From assembly GCA_913055805.1 (NCBI GenBank), contig CAJXLF010000006.1, positions 1,735 to 65,734 on the forward strand: DNA of 64,000 nt, given 5' to 3'. This stretch comes from an uncultured Salinisphaerales bacterium (GTDB taxonomy: Bacteria; Pseudomonadota; Gammaproteobacteria; Nevskiales; CAJXLF01). Shown piece after piece: positions 38,993 through 47,736 of this stretch (the first letter of the stretch is position 1; each line of letters opens with the position of its first letter). Below the pieces are notes generated by a model that worked only from the letters and a program-made list of their open reading frames with translations, was not told the origin of the DNA and made no database searches. The translations under genes and the position numbers were made by a program.

Positions 38993-39899
38993 CACGGAAG
39001 GCACAACGCGCAAGGGCTGCTGCGTACCCTCTGGCGCCGGCAGCCTGTACTGCGTTGGTGATCAACCCTCTCCCGCCGACAAGTTACCCGATATCCGTTT
39101 CCAGGCCATACCGGCCGGCCGCTACCGCGTCGGTTACGAAGGTCCTCTTGCCAACCCCGGTGACAGGGAAGGCCCGGCGCGTGCAATAGACCTGAGCGTC
39201 TTTCGCATCTCTGAGACGGCTGTAACCAATGCGCAATTCGGTGAGTTTGTCACGGCCACCGGTTACCGGACGGATGCGGAACGTCTCGGCTGGTCCTTCG
39301 TGTTCCATTTACTGGCAACAGAGCAGGCCATGACCGCTGCCGAACACCGGGTAGCCAATGCTCCCTGGTGGCTGGCGGTGACAGGCGCGTGCTGGGATGC
39401 ACCCGAGGGCCCGGGTTCCGACATCAAAGATCGTGAAGACCACCCCGTGGTGCATGTTTCCTACCGCGATGCCGTCGCCTACACGCGATGGTCGGGCACC
39501 CGCCTGCCGACGGAACTGGAATGGGAGGTGGCTGCCCGCGGCGGGCTGAGCGGCGCTATCTATCCCTGGGGTGATGAACTCGCACCAAACGACCAATGGC
39601 TTTGCAATATCTGGCAGGGCAGGTTTCCCGAACACAACTCACTGGACGACGGCTACTTGGGCACAGCGCCCGTGCGCAGCTTCCCGCCAAACGGGTATGG
39701 CCTGTATGAAATGGCCGGCAACGTCTGGGAATGGGTAGCCGGGGCCTGGTCAGGCAGCGATCACGACTGCGTGCGAAAGGGCGGTTCCTACCTCTGTCAT
39801 GAATCCTGGTGCAACCGTTATCGTGTGGCCGCCCGTGACCGGGGGGCGCCCCAAGATGCCAGCGGCAACCAGGGATTTCGGGTTGCTACTGACGCCTGA
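38976..39899 (+). CDS. Formylglycine-generating enzyme (SUMF1/FGE family)
   Basis: Motifs are ETAVTNAQFGEFV, HPVVHVSYRDA, RLPTELEWEVAARGG, GNVWEW and GGSYLCHESWCNRYRVAAR. It has a GTG start overlapping the sulfatase stop by 17 nt. Confidence 0.9.
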   Translation: MCHLPSTEGTTRKGCCVPSGAGSLYCVGDQPSPADKLPDIRFQAIPAGRYRVGYEGPLANPGDREGPARAIDLSVFRISETAVTNAQFGEFVTATGYRTDAERLGWSFVFHLLATEQAMTAAEHRVANAPWWLAVTGACWDAPEGPGSDIKDREDHPVVHVSYRDAVAYTRWSGTRLPTELEWEVAARGGLSGAIYPWGDELAPNDQWLCNIWQGRFPEHNSLDDGYLGTAPVRSFPPNGYGLYEMAGNVWEWVAGAWSGSDHDCVRKGGSYLCHESWCNRYRVAARDRGAPQDASGNQGFRVATDA

Positions 39900-39999
39900 C
39901 GATTTCGAACTTCAGCCACTTATTTCAGATTGCCGAAAGAAAGTAACTGACCTCAGCATTTATTATGCCGGGGTCAGGGCAAAGACTGGATTTTGAATC

Positions 40000-42900
40000 T
40001 TATGCCACGTATTTAAACTCTTGAATAGCGGCTTGATACGACTTTTCGATTTCGGCTCTCTGATCTGCCTGCTTTATAGAGTCATGATCAACTCTGCGTT
40101 CCCCCCAAATAACCACACTCAATTCAAGTCCACGTTTCTGTAAATAGTTAGCTAACACTGACTTTCGGATAAAAAGAAAGTCCACACGATTTCGCCAGTT
40201 CTCCCCTTCTGAGAGATACAAAGTGGCTAATCTACCGTTTTTATCCCGTAGATTTATAGATCGCCCAAAACTTACCAGGGATTCCGAATCACAAAGCCAA
40301 GGAGAGGGAAAAGTAAAACCGCTATAATCGTTTACTGTTGAATGATATGACTCCCAAGAAAATGGCCAGCGAAAGGACTCAGCTTCAATACTATTCACAG
40401 TGCGCCATCCCTCGTTGTCCTGATATCCAGACTTAAGTTCCTTCAAGGCAGGTACTTGATGCAATATTTCGTACAACGAAAGTCTTTGATCTCGAGGAAC
40501 TTCCTGATTAACCCGTTCTAGTTCACGGATAACCAGACTTAACGCCTTTTCCCTACCTGTCTCAGTGCGAGCCCGGTGGTATTTCAACAATACCGAATAG
40601 TCGAATAAGAACCAGGTCTTCCGTAGGCGAATTTTGGTTTTAAATCGCTGATGAGATCCAAAAAGCCTATGCATTGGGTTCACGAGCTTCCCGGAATGGG
40701 TTCTCATTTCTGCTGCGAATCTTTTACTCCACCCTACCTCGCCCGCATATGCATAATGATCCCCTCTAACATCTGGCAGTTCTCCCCCAGCATTAGTGGC
40801 GTTTATAAACGCGGCACTAAATCGCTCAGATTCTTCCGGACGAATTCCTAGAGCCCTAATTACAGTGAAGATGCTTAGCCCCGAACTTTCGTCTTCTTCC
40901 CAAATATCCCCGTCCACAAGTACCCAAGGTCCTCGGTGGCCTCCGATTGCGGGAACTTCTAGGATTGAGTCATAACTCGGAATAGGGCCGTTTTGTAGCC
41001 AACCAAGAGGACTATAGTGGTGAGTTTCAGAACCGATTGTTCGCTGATATGTTGGGAGCGGAAATTTCTCAGGAACCGGAAAACTTGGGTCTATATCGCA
41101 ATCACTAGAGCGTTCGAAACCGTCATCTATTAATTTATGGGCTTGACGATATCCATACATTTCAAAATACGCAATCCAGCAGTATTTCTTTCCGTACCTG
41201 TCTACCTTATCGCCACCTTCTCGCCGCCAATTAATCCGTCCGATCATACTGTCAATATCTGAAAACACTTTTTCATCGTAGCCGAGCTCTATGACACGCC
41301 ACTCTATCTGATTACGCACGTCCTGATAGATCGGATGTTTCATATCATAGTTACTACGATCGGGTATCAGTCTACCAAGCGTGTAATTCTCAAAGTCCAT
41401 CATCATAACCCGCTTGGTCTTTTCCTTAATGGAGCCTGAAATTGCACTCGGATTTGGGAAGGGGTTATCAATCGCCGGATACGGGGCTTTCAAATATCTT
41501 TTGCACCCTCGAGGCACCAAACTTGGGTCAAATTTTTGTGCTAACTCGATAATCCCAAGTGCGTAATCACGCATTAATACATGGTGAGTATGGGCCCGCC
41601 CTCCAGGAAGGAACCATTCCTTAACAAGCCATTTTGCTAAGGTAACCAAATATCCTCCAAACCGCTTTCCAGGGCGAATCGCATATTTACTCATTGCCAC
41701 TCCGAAACAAGCAGCAAGAACTCGCTCGCGAACATATGGGTCATCAATATCGAGAGTAACGTGCATAAAATCAAAAAGAGCTCTGGGTTGCAGCTCTCCT
41801 ACTAAGACTAGTGCTTTAGTAGCTCTGTCTCTTAGCCGCCGATCAGTTGTGGTCAGGAACGAAGAAAGGACAGCCACCACGTTTATAGCTGTGTCGAACT
41901 TCAGATTGTTTATCAATCCACTTTCGTAAAATGCAACAATGCGCTCAACGGCTGAACCAGAATCATGGTGATAGCGTATATATTCGCTCCAAGTGCAATC
42001 TCTCCTCTGCATTGAGACTCGTGCTAGATTTCGCATCAAACGCATGCCGCAATAAGGATGCCGAGGTTTAGTGGCCATTGAAACAAGAGCCTCTGAAGCG
42101 GCCCTCTGCCACGTATCGTGCGAACTCCAAAAATATCCGCCTAAAACCTGGTCAGTTTGCTTACTAATAGAAAAGGGGGATCGCCAGATCAGGCCTCGAA
42201 TAAACGGATCAAAATACGCCTGGAAATCACGCGCACGCTTTGGGAGATAAAAGAATAACTCACGTGCATCTTGGGGTAGGCATTTCTTAGTGTATTCAGG
42301 GAACTCAAGAATGATCGCTTCCGCCCAATTTTCTGTGTCGAATCGTGGATAAAATTCACTACTTACGCGAAATATTTTTCCGAGAGGTTGATTCGCGTAG
42401 AAACTGCGACGGATAGAATTCGCGTCGCGAGTGTTGAGATGCTCTCTCAGTAAGTATCTAGCGACTATATGATCACTAAAGCGCTGATAAGGCATGCCAA
42501 CAACATGTAGGGAGCCACCATCATCATCAGGGCGCCAAAGTTGGTTCTCAACCAATACCCCTTCTCGCACCAATAATCTCAGTAGCAACTTCGCTCGATG
42601 CAAGGAACTGATTTCTGGACGTGCTCTAAAAATTTCTAACGTTTTCTTATATGGGACCCATTCGGTTAGATGATGTCCCATGTAACTCGCCAGCCCAGAT
42701 AATTCAGGATCATTTATTGACTTTTTCCCCTTAAGCGCATCCCAGCAAAATTTCGCTGGCAGTCCCATTTCCCTTTCTATTGCCTTAGTACGCTCGAACA
42801 CAAAATGTTCAAGGATGAATGTCATACCTTTCTGGCCAGAAGATATGCCATGGAATCCTTTGCGTTGATCCTTTCTCGGGAGTGACTGGTATGCCTGACA

Positions 42901-44070
42901 GAGAATCTTCAACGTAAGTGGCCGTGAGAATTCATCAGCCAAGAGCGGTACTTCTGGAAGCGGAATGCCGTAAAAGTTAAAAAATTCTCTTTGGGCATCG
43001 AATTCGATATCGTAAAAACCAACGTGTTTGAGATGCACCATCCGCTTACGCGAACTATCCGGCACAATTGTTCTATCAAACGGTTCTCGGCAGCTTACTA
43101 CCAACCCCACATGGGAGTACCCTTTGACGGCAGTAATAAGCTTGGGGACGTCACGTTTCCAAGCTACTGGATCCGATTCATTTATGCCATCTATTAGAAT
43201 CAAACCTCTATACCCTGCTTCCTGACCCATCCGGTCAATGATCTGGATCAAGTCATCAAATGAATTTGCCAAACCCGTAAATTTGGCAAGCTCATCTCCA
43301 CAGGATCCCGCCGGGTCAAAGTCCTTCGCTAATACCACCAAAGATGGTGCCCCATTAGCTGTAAACCGCTTAGCTAGGTCACAAAGGAAATGGGTTTTCC
43401 CCGTGCCCCACTCGCCCGTTAGCATTGCCACCTGGCCAAAACGCAACCGGATCTCTGAGGAATCAAAAAACTCTTTCAGATATCGAACCTCAGAAGATGT
43501 GCGATATAACTGGCTCGAGCGAGATCGTAGGGACTCCAAAACTCGATCTTCCCTATCAGGCGTCTTGCCTCCAGCAGAATTCGTTTTCTCTCTGTCGATC
43601 TCAGCTTTACGTTTATCTATTTTTTCATTGACCTGAGTAATCTCCGATCCTAGGATCTCCCCGATCCGGTCCGCTGCCCTTATTATTTTTTGAACGATCA
43701 CGCGCCCTTCATCGACGGGCTGCTCGCTCATTTCCTTAATTAACTTCGACACGCGATTTGAATATCGCTCAGCTCGTTTTTTACCATCTAGAGCAGACAC
43801 ACACTCAGACATCGCCTTTTCAAACTCATCAAGAACCTGGAGTACTCGGCTCTTGAATTGCTCGTTAACAGCGAGCCCATTCATTGCATTCAGTAATTCA
43901 CCTATTTCCAAGTTTGGCGAATCAGCATCAATACCAGGTGTGTACCTAGGCCCTGCGCTATTTACGGTTCGCTTATTAATTCTGCGTATTCTTTCAATCA
44001 TCTTTGCCGCTACTTGGTTGTTATTTCGAGTTCCCTGCCTCAATAACAAACCGAGCGAGAGAGTGCACAC
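40000..44070 (-). CDS. Giant (about 1330-1356 aa) orphan P-loop NTPase, STAND/KAP-like
   Basis: Walker A is LTGEWGTGKTHF (about nt 43393-43416). Walker B is GLILIDGINES (about nt 43174-43203). It has a charged coiled-coil N-terminus and a roughly 1000-aa C-terminal region with HEAT-like helices. It is low-GC. The start may be GTG 44070 or ATG 44001. Confidence 0.75.
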   Translation of the reverse strand: MCTLSLGLLLRQGTRNNNQVAAKMIERIRRINKRTVNSAGPRYTPGIDADSPNLEIGELLNAMNGLAVNEQFKSRVLQVLDEFEKAMSECVSALDGKKRAERYSNRVSKLIKEMSEQPVDEGRVIVQKIIRAADRIGEILGSEITQVNEKIDKRKAEIDREKTNSAGGKTPDREDRVLESLRSRSSQLYRTSSEVRYLKEFFDSSEIRLRFGQVAMLTGEWGTGKTHFLCDLAKRFTANGAPSLVVLAKDFDPAGSCGDELAKFTGLANSFDDLIQIIDRMGQEAGYRGLILIDGINESDPVAWKRDVPKLITAVKGYSHVGLVVSCREPFDRTIVPDSSRKRMVHLKHVGFYDIEFDAQREFFNFYGIPLPEVPLLADEFSRPLTLKILCQAYQSLPRKDQRKGFHGISSGQKGMTFILEHFVFERTKAIEREMGLPAKFCWDALKGKKSINDPELSGLASYMGHHLTEWVPYKKTLEIFRARPEISSLHRAKLLLRLLVREGVLVENQLWRPDDDGGSLHVVGMPYQRFSDHIVARYLLREHLNTRDANSIRRSFYANQPLGKIFRVSSEFYPRFDTENWAEAIILEFPEYTKKCLPQDARELFFYLPKRARDFQAYFDPFIRGLIWRSPFSISKQTDQVLGGYFWSSHDTWQRAASEALVSMATKPRHPYCGMRLMRNLARVSMQRRDCTWSEYIRYHHDSGSAVERIVAFYESGLINNLKFDTAINVVAVLSSFLTTTDRRLRDRATKALVLVGELQPRALFDFMHVTLDIDDPYVRERVLAACFGVAMSKYAIRPGKRFGGYLVTLAKWLVKEWFLPGGRAHTHHVLMRDYALGIIELAQKFDPSLVPRGCKRYLKAPYPAIDNPFPNPSAISGSIKEKTKRVMMMDFENYTLGRLIPDRSNYDMKHPIYQDVRNQIEWRVIELGYDEKVFSDIDSMIGRINWRREGGDKVDRYGKKYCWIAYFEMYGYRQAHKLIDDGFERSSDCDIDPSFPVPEKFPLPTYQRTIGSETHHYSPLGWLQNGPIPSYDSILEVPAIGGHRGPWVLVDGDIWEEDESSGLSIFTVIRALGIRPEESERFSAAFINATNAGGELPDVRGDHYAYAGEVGWSKRFAAEMRTHSGKLVNPMHRLFGSHQRFKTKIRLRKTWFLFDYSVLLKYHRARTETGREKALSLVIRELERVNQEVPRDQRLSLYEILHQVPALKELKSGYQDNEGWRTVNSIEAESFRWPFSWESYHSTVNDYSGFTFPSPWLCDSESLVSFGRSINLRDKNGRLATLYLSEGENWRNRVDFLFIRKSVLANYLQKRGLELSVVIWGERRVDHDSIKQADQRAEIEKSYQAAIQEFKYVA

Positions 44071-44260
44071 AAACTATCCGTAAAATTAAAGCCAACAGAG
44101 ACAGCTTTTTGCGGCCTCCCCATCCCAATATGGGTGATTGTATGTGCGACGGTTCAGTTACTCGGCAGAGTAAATTTTATATACGGACAACGTCATTAGA
44201 ATTGTTCTTAACCCAGAAAAGCATCAGAGTCAAAGCCAAGAAAATTCTAGAGCCCTATTT

Positions 44261-44500
44261 TTATAGTGCTTTTTCCAAGCGCTCTATAAACTCGACTGAA
44301 CCAATCCCAACAGCTTTGCAGATATCTCTCAACTCAAGAATATCCACTCGCTTATCGCCAGTTTCAAACTTATGGACGTAGTTCTGGCTATGACCAAGTT
44401 TTTCAGCCAGTTCCCACTGCGTCAGCCCAGCCTCAAGGCGCACCTCACGAAGTAACTTCGAGAGTATTTCCTGTTCTTTTGTCCAGCGTTTCTTGCCCAT
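44261..44500 (-). CDS. XRE family helix-turn-helix regulator
   Basis: The HTH is LTQWELAEKLGHSQNYVHKFETG. It is 79 aa and lies upstream of the giant NTPase on the same strand. Confidence 0.85.
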   Translation of the reverse strand: MGKKRWTKEQEILSKLLREVRLEAGLTQWELAEKLGHSQNYVHKFETGDKRVDILELRDICKAVGIGSVEFIERLEKAL

Positions 44501-44606
44501 TCAGGCAAGGTAAAGCCTGGAATAAAATACACCGTTTTGCTATAATAATAATTACGGGTGCGCACCCATCCAAGAACGAATTAACACTAAGCAAGGAGAC
44601 TCAATA

Positions 44607-45236
44607 ATGAAGCTTAATAAGCAGCTTCCCGTATCTATTGTCTTTGCATTTTGCCTGACCGCTTGCGGCGGCGGCGGTGGTGGTAGTTCCGATGACGATG
44701 CTGGTGGTGATAGCGCCAACAGTGCACCTCAGTTCACCTATGCCGGTGTAAACCAGGATACTGCCGGGAACGGTTACTGGACGGACACGCCGTCGGAAGG
44801 GCGTGCGGAACTAAATTACGCGCAGAGTCACAGTGTACATGAGCCTGGCTATGTTGTTCTGGAACTCGACCTCGTGCCCGAGGAGCGCCCATATATTCTG
44901 AGCATTTTACTGTCCGCTGATGATGCGTTGGATGAAGGCGATGCCAAAGTCATCGGCGTGGGCTGTAACTCGGGCGTCAATTCGGCCTGCGTGGACTTCA
45001 TATTCTGGGAATGTCATATCACGGAATCGCCACGAGAATTCTCTGGTTGCGAGGATTCGGAGACTGGGTCAAGTCTGCCCGACGCCAATAGCCATGCCTA
45101 TGACGGATTTGTTGATGAGCATGGTGCAGGCGCCGCTGTCTGGATGATCTTCGAAGCCTGCGCACAGGAGTCTGATGGTAGCGGGGGATTCGAGAATGCC
45201 TGCAGTGAAGTAGCACTGCCCGTCACTGTCTACTAG
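44607..45236 (+). CDS. Acidic Cys-rich lipoprotein, unknown function
   Basis: It has a signal peptide with the lipobox LTAC followed by a GGGGGGSS linker. The SD is AAGGAGA. Confidence 0.6.
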   Translation: MKLNKQLPVSIVFAFCLTACGGGGGGSSDDDAGGDSANSAPQFTYAGVNQDTAGNGYWTDTPSEGRAELNYAQSHSVHEPGYVVLELDLVPEERPYILSILLSADDALDEGDAKVIGVGCNSGVNSACVDFIFWECHITESPREFSGCEDSETGSSLPDANSHAYDGFVDEHGAGAAVWMIFEACAQESDGSGGFENACSEVALPVTVY

Positions 45237-45251
45237 TAAAGGAGACCGGAT

Positions 45252-45476
45252 ATGAAATGGATTCTTCTCGGCATTGCCGCCTTTCAATATGGCGGCTCCG
45301 GCCCGACTGCTTTCACAGCTGAATTTGATACAGAAGCCGCCTGCCTAAACGCCCGGAAGGTGATGGGTGAGCATATCAAGCAGACTGCTATTTACCAGAG
45401 TCGCGTGCAGGCGGCATGGCAAATGTCATGCGTGCCTAAAGGTGACAATCCTGTAACTGCTCCGGGTAATCAGTGA
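45252..45476 (+). CDS. Small secreted protein, unknown function
   Basis: It has an AAAGGAGA SD and a hydrophobic N-terminus, MKWILLGIAAF. The stop overlaps the next start (GTGATGA). Confidence 0.4.
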   Translation: MKWILLGIAAFQYGGSGPTAFTAEFDTEAACLNARKVMGEHIKQTAIYQSRVQAAWQMSCVPKGDNPVTAPGNQ

Positions 45477-46114
45477 TGAAGAAAAATCATTCACATCGAG
45501 CAGAACGCTGGGCCCATCGACTCAGTCTCGCACCCCTCCTTCTGTTGGGGTTCATGGGTGTGGGAAGTGCAAGCCAAGACAACCTGATCGGGCTGTTTAT
45601 CTTCCTGGGTATTGGTTTGTTGGGCACCTTGGTCGCTTATCCGATTCTTTGTCCAATTCTTTCGCTGTTCCTAAAGAGTTCAGAACAGTCATCAACACGA
45701 AAACCCAAGCCTCCACGTTACGTGAGTGCTCACCGTTGGGTAGCACGTCTGAGCCTGGCGCCCTTGGTGCTGGGCGGAGCTGTGAGCGTACTTGCGGCTG
45801 TTAAGGGGCACCCGGAAGACATTGTTATCTTGTTAGGCCTCGGGCTCCTGTTTTCCGGAATGGCTTATCTGGTATTCGGATTCATTGCATCCGTGGTGAT
45901 CGGTGAGTTCATTTGGGATTTCATGCGTGGCGGCGACGAAGCAACCCACTTATGGTCGCAAGATCAACTGGCCAGGCTTGATGACCCATTCGACCCGAGT
46001 AATATCAACCATCCGCTCCATCCGGGCAATCTGTCCGGCACGACTAATCTGGACAGTCCAATGAACCCATGGGGCTACGCTTATGGCGATGACCGCATTG
46101 GTAGTGATTGGTGA
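45476..46114 (+). CDS. Membrane protein with an internal tandem duplication
   Basis: There are two homologous halves. The first is RW-HRLSLAPLLLLG..LGIGLLGTLVAY. The second is RWVARLSLAPLVLGG..LGLGLLFSGMAY. Confidence 0.6.
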   Translation: MKKNHSHRAERWAHRLSLAPLLLLGFMGVGSASQDNLIGLFIFLGIGLLGTLVAYPILCPILSLFLKSSEQSSTRKPKPPRYVSAHRWVARLSLAPLVLGGAVSVLAAVKGHPEDIVILLGLGLLFSGMAYLVFGFIASVVIGEFIWDFMRGGDEATHLWSQDQLARLDDPFDPSNINHPLHPGNLSGTTNLDSPMNPWGYAYGDDRIGSDW

Positions 46115-46248
46115 ACACATTGGGTGACATCTTCACCGTGTTCACTCTGTAATGAAGGGCGCAGTACTCTTTACTATCTCATGCCCTTCATGGCATGCCT
46201 GATGGTGGCTGTGTTTATGGATACAGCTCACGTCGAGGATGTAGTTTG

Positions 46249-46464
46249 ATGTTGTCTAAATACCGAATCTCAAGCTCTTACGGAATCCTGATCTTCGCAT
46301 TGCTTCTGTCTGGCTGTTCAAGCGCAGAAGAACCCTGCGATAACGGCCAGCGAGAAGCATATAGAGCGGCTATCGAAGCTACTCTTGGCAGTCACATCGC
46401 GGTAGCGGTCCCGCCGGCCGAGGGCGATGAGAACTGCGACAAAGAAAAAACTCGAGACGAGTAG
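46249..46464 (+). CDS. Small lipoprotein, unknown function
   Basis: ORF 46195..46464. The internal start MLSKYRISSSYGILIFALLLSGC has a lipobox. Confidence 0.4.
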   Translation: MLSKYRISSSYGILIFALLLSGCSSAEEPCDNGQREAYRAAIEATLGSHIAVAVPPAEGDENCDKEKTRDE

Positions 46465-46501
46465 CTATCTACTATTTTGATCTGATCAAGGGTAATTGTG
46501 A

Positions 46502-46531
46502 AACGGGCCAGGCATTCCTGCCCGGCCCGTT
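46502..46531. repeat. 13-bp-stem hairpin AACGGGCCAGGCA-ttcc-TGCCCGGCCCGTT
   Basis: The arms match 12/13. It lies 38 nt after the lipoprotein stop. There is no T-tract, so terminator status is uncertain. Confidence 0.4.
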
Positions 46532-46576
46532 GTAGCTCAATAAGCGCTCTCGAGAGGCCAAGGGTGAGCCTTGTAT

Positions 46577-46683
46577 TGCGCTCAATGCCGCTGTCTGACG
46601 TAAGACCAGTATAACGGCACCAGGCTAGTCACCTGCAACTATGATACCCGTTGATCCTCGGTTTGCTACCCGCATTGAGCGCA
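46577..46683. repeat. 12-bp perfect inverted repeat (TGCGCTCAATGC / GCATTGAGCGCA) enclosing 83 nt
   Basis: The arms are at 46577-46588 and 46672-46683, in a 350-nt gap with no ORF. Confidence 0.5.
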
Positions 46684-46814
46684 TCAGGATGCCAACCTGA
46701 GTTCAGAATATCCCAAAATAGCGCCGTTTCCCAAGTTTGCAGCATTTTGTTCACACCGGACACATGATGTCTTCGTCATCGAAGCCAAACAGATTCTGTG
46801 TATAGTAAATCCTC

Positions 46815-47522
46815 ATGTGTGGCCGTTACTTCATTCTTCCGGATCCCGCCTCCTGGAACGAGGTGCGAGAGGAATTTGGTGACGAAGTTGCCGATCAAAT
46901 CGCGCAAAGCAAGCCTCGATACAACGTCGCCCCGTCGCAACAAATCATCTTTATCCGCAATCTGGAAGAAGGGGCCACTAGCGATGAGGCAGTTTGGACG
47001 TTCATCCCCCACTGGTGGAAGCAGTCCGGTCTTCCCAAATTCTCAACCAAGAATGCTCGCGCTGAGGACGCTGCCAACAAACCGATGTGGAAGCACGCCT
47101 ACCGGCACAACCGCTGCCTTATACCTTTATCGGGCTGGTATGAATGGACGCAGGAGTCTTGGGGAAAACAGCCTTGGCTTTTCCGCGATCCAGGCGGGCA
47201 AGGCATGCTCGTGGCCGGCTTATGGTCAGTCTGGCAGCAGACCGAAGACACCAGCCCTATGCTGACCTGTGCGATCCTGACACGGGAAGCGCTACCGTCT
47301 CTATACGAGATTCATGACAGGATGCCGGTGGTCCTGGAACGCGCTGCGTGGAAACGCTGGCTGGATCCTAATCTTACCGATCCCGACGAGATTACCCGGC
47401 TCTGGCAGGAAAACACGAAACAGACAATTGAGGTCTTTCCAGTCAGCAAGGCTGTGAACTCCTCACGCAATGACGGCCCGGATCTCATTGAACGAGTCGA
47501 CCTGAAGCCAAAGCCCTTTTAG
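46815..47522 (+). CDS. SOS response-associated peptidase (SRAP / YedK-like, DUF159)
   Basis: It has the N-terminal MCGRY with the catalytic Cys2. It also has NVAPSQ, HDRMPVVL and the typical length of about 235 aa. Confidence 0.85.
   Translation: MCGRYFILPDPASWNEVREEFGDEVADQIAQSKPRYNVAPSQQIIFIRNLEEGATSDEAVWTFIPHWWKQSGLPKFSTKNARAEDAANKPMWKHAYRHNRCLIPLSGWYEWTQESWGKQPWLFRDPGGQGMLVAGLWSVWQQTEDTSPMLTCAILTREALPSLYEIHDRMPVVLERAAWKRWLDPNLTDPDEITRLWQENTKQTIEVFPVSKAVNSSRNDGPDLIERVDLKPKPF
47485..47520 (+). repeat. Direct repeat copy 1 (last 36 nt of the SRAP gene)
   Basis: tcattgaacgagtcgacctgaagccaaagccctttt matches 49650-49685 at 34 of 36 positions. Confidence 0.85.
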
Positions 47523-47686
47523 CGGTATTCGGATTTATGGTGGGCAACATTGCAGTTACCAGCTACTCATATTGATATGGTAAAAACTGTATCGGTATTC
47601 ACAAGCTCATAAATCAATTGAATCAGGAGTAACCTCATAAAAGTGCTTACCTTATTCCACGTATCTAATCCCCACAGGGGTACATG

Positions 47687-47711
47687 ATATACGGCACTTT
47701 TGTCCGTATAT
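47687..47711. promoter_or_regulatory. Perfect 8-bp inverted repeat ATATACGG-N9-CCGTATAT
   Basis: It ends 26 nt upstream of the ATG at 47737. It could be an operator or a 5' hairpin. Confidence 0.3.
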
Positions 47712-47736
47712 TATTTGTTAAACGTCTCGGTGACCG

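Noticed and set aside
39947-39977. The hairpin CTGACCTC-N15-GGGGTCAG, as a possible bidirectional terminator between the FGE gene and the giant NTPase gene.
   Set aside because: The stem is only 8 bp including a G:T pair, the loop is 15 nt, and there is no flanking T/A tract. This is too weak to annotate.
46740-46815. An SOS box upstream of the SRAP gene (CTGTGTATAGTAAATCC and ACAGATTCTGT).
   Set aside because: Neither sequence has the CTGT-N8-ACAG geometry. Only the umuDC promoter carries a genuine LexA box.
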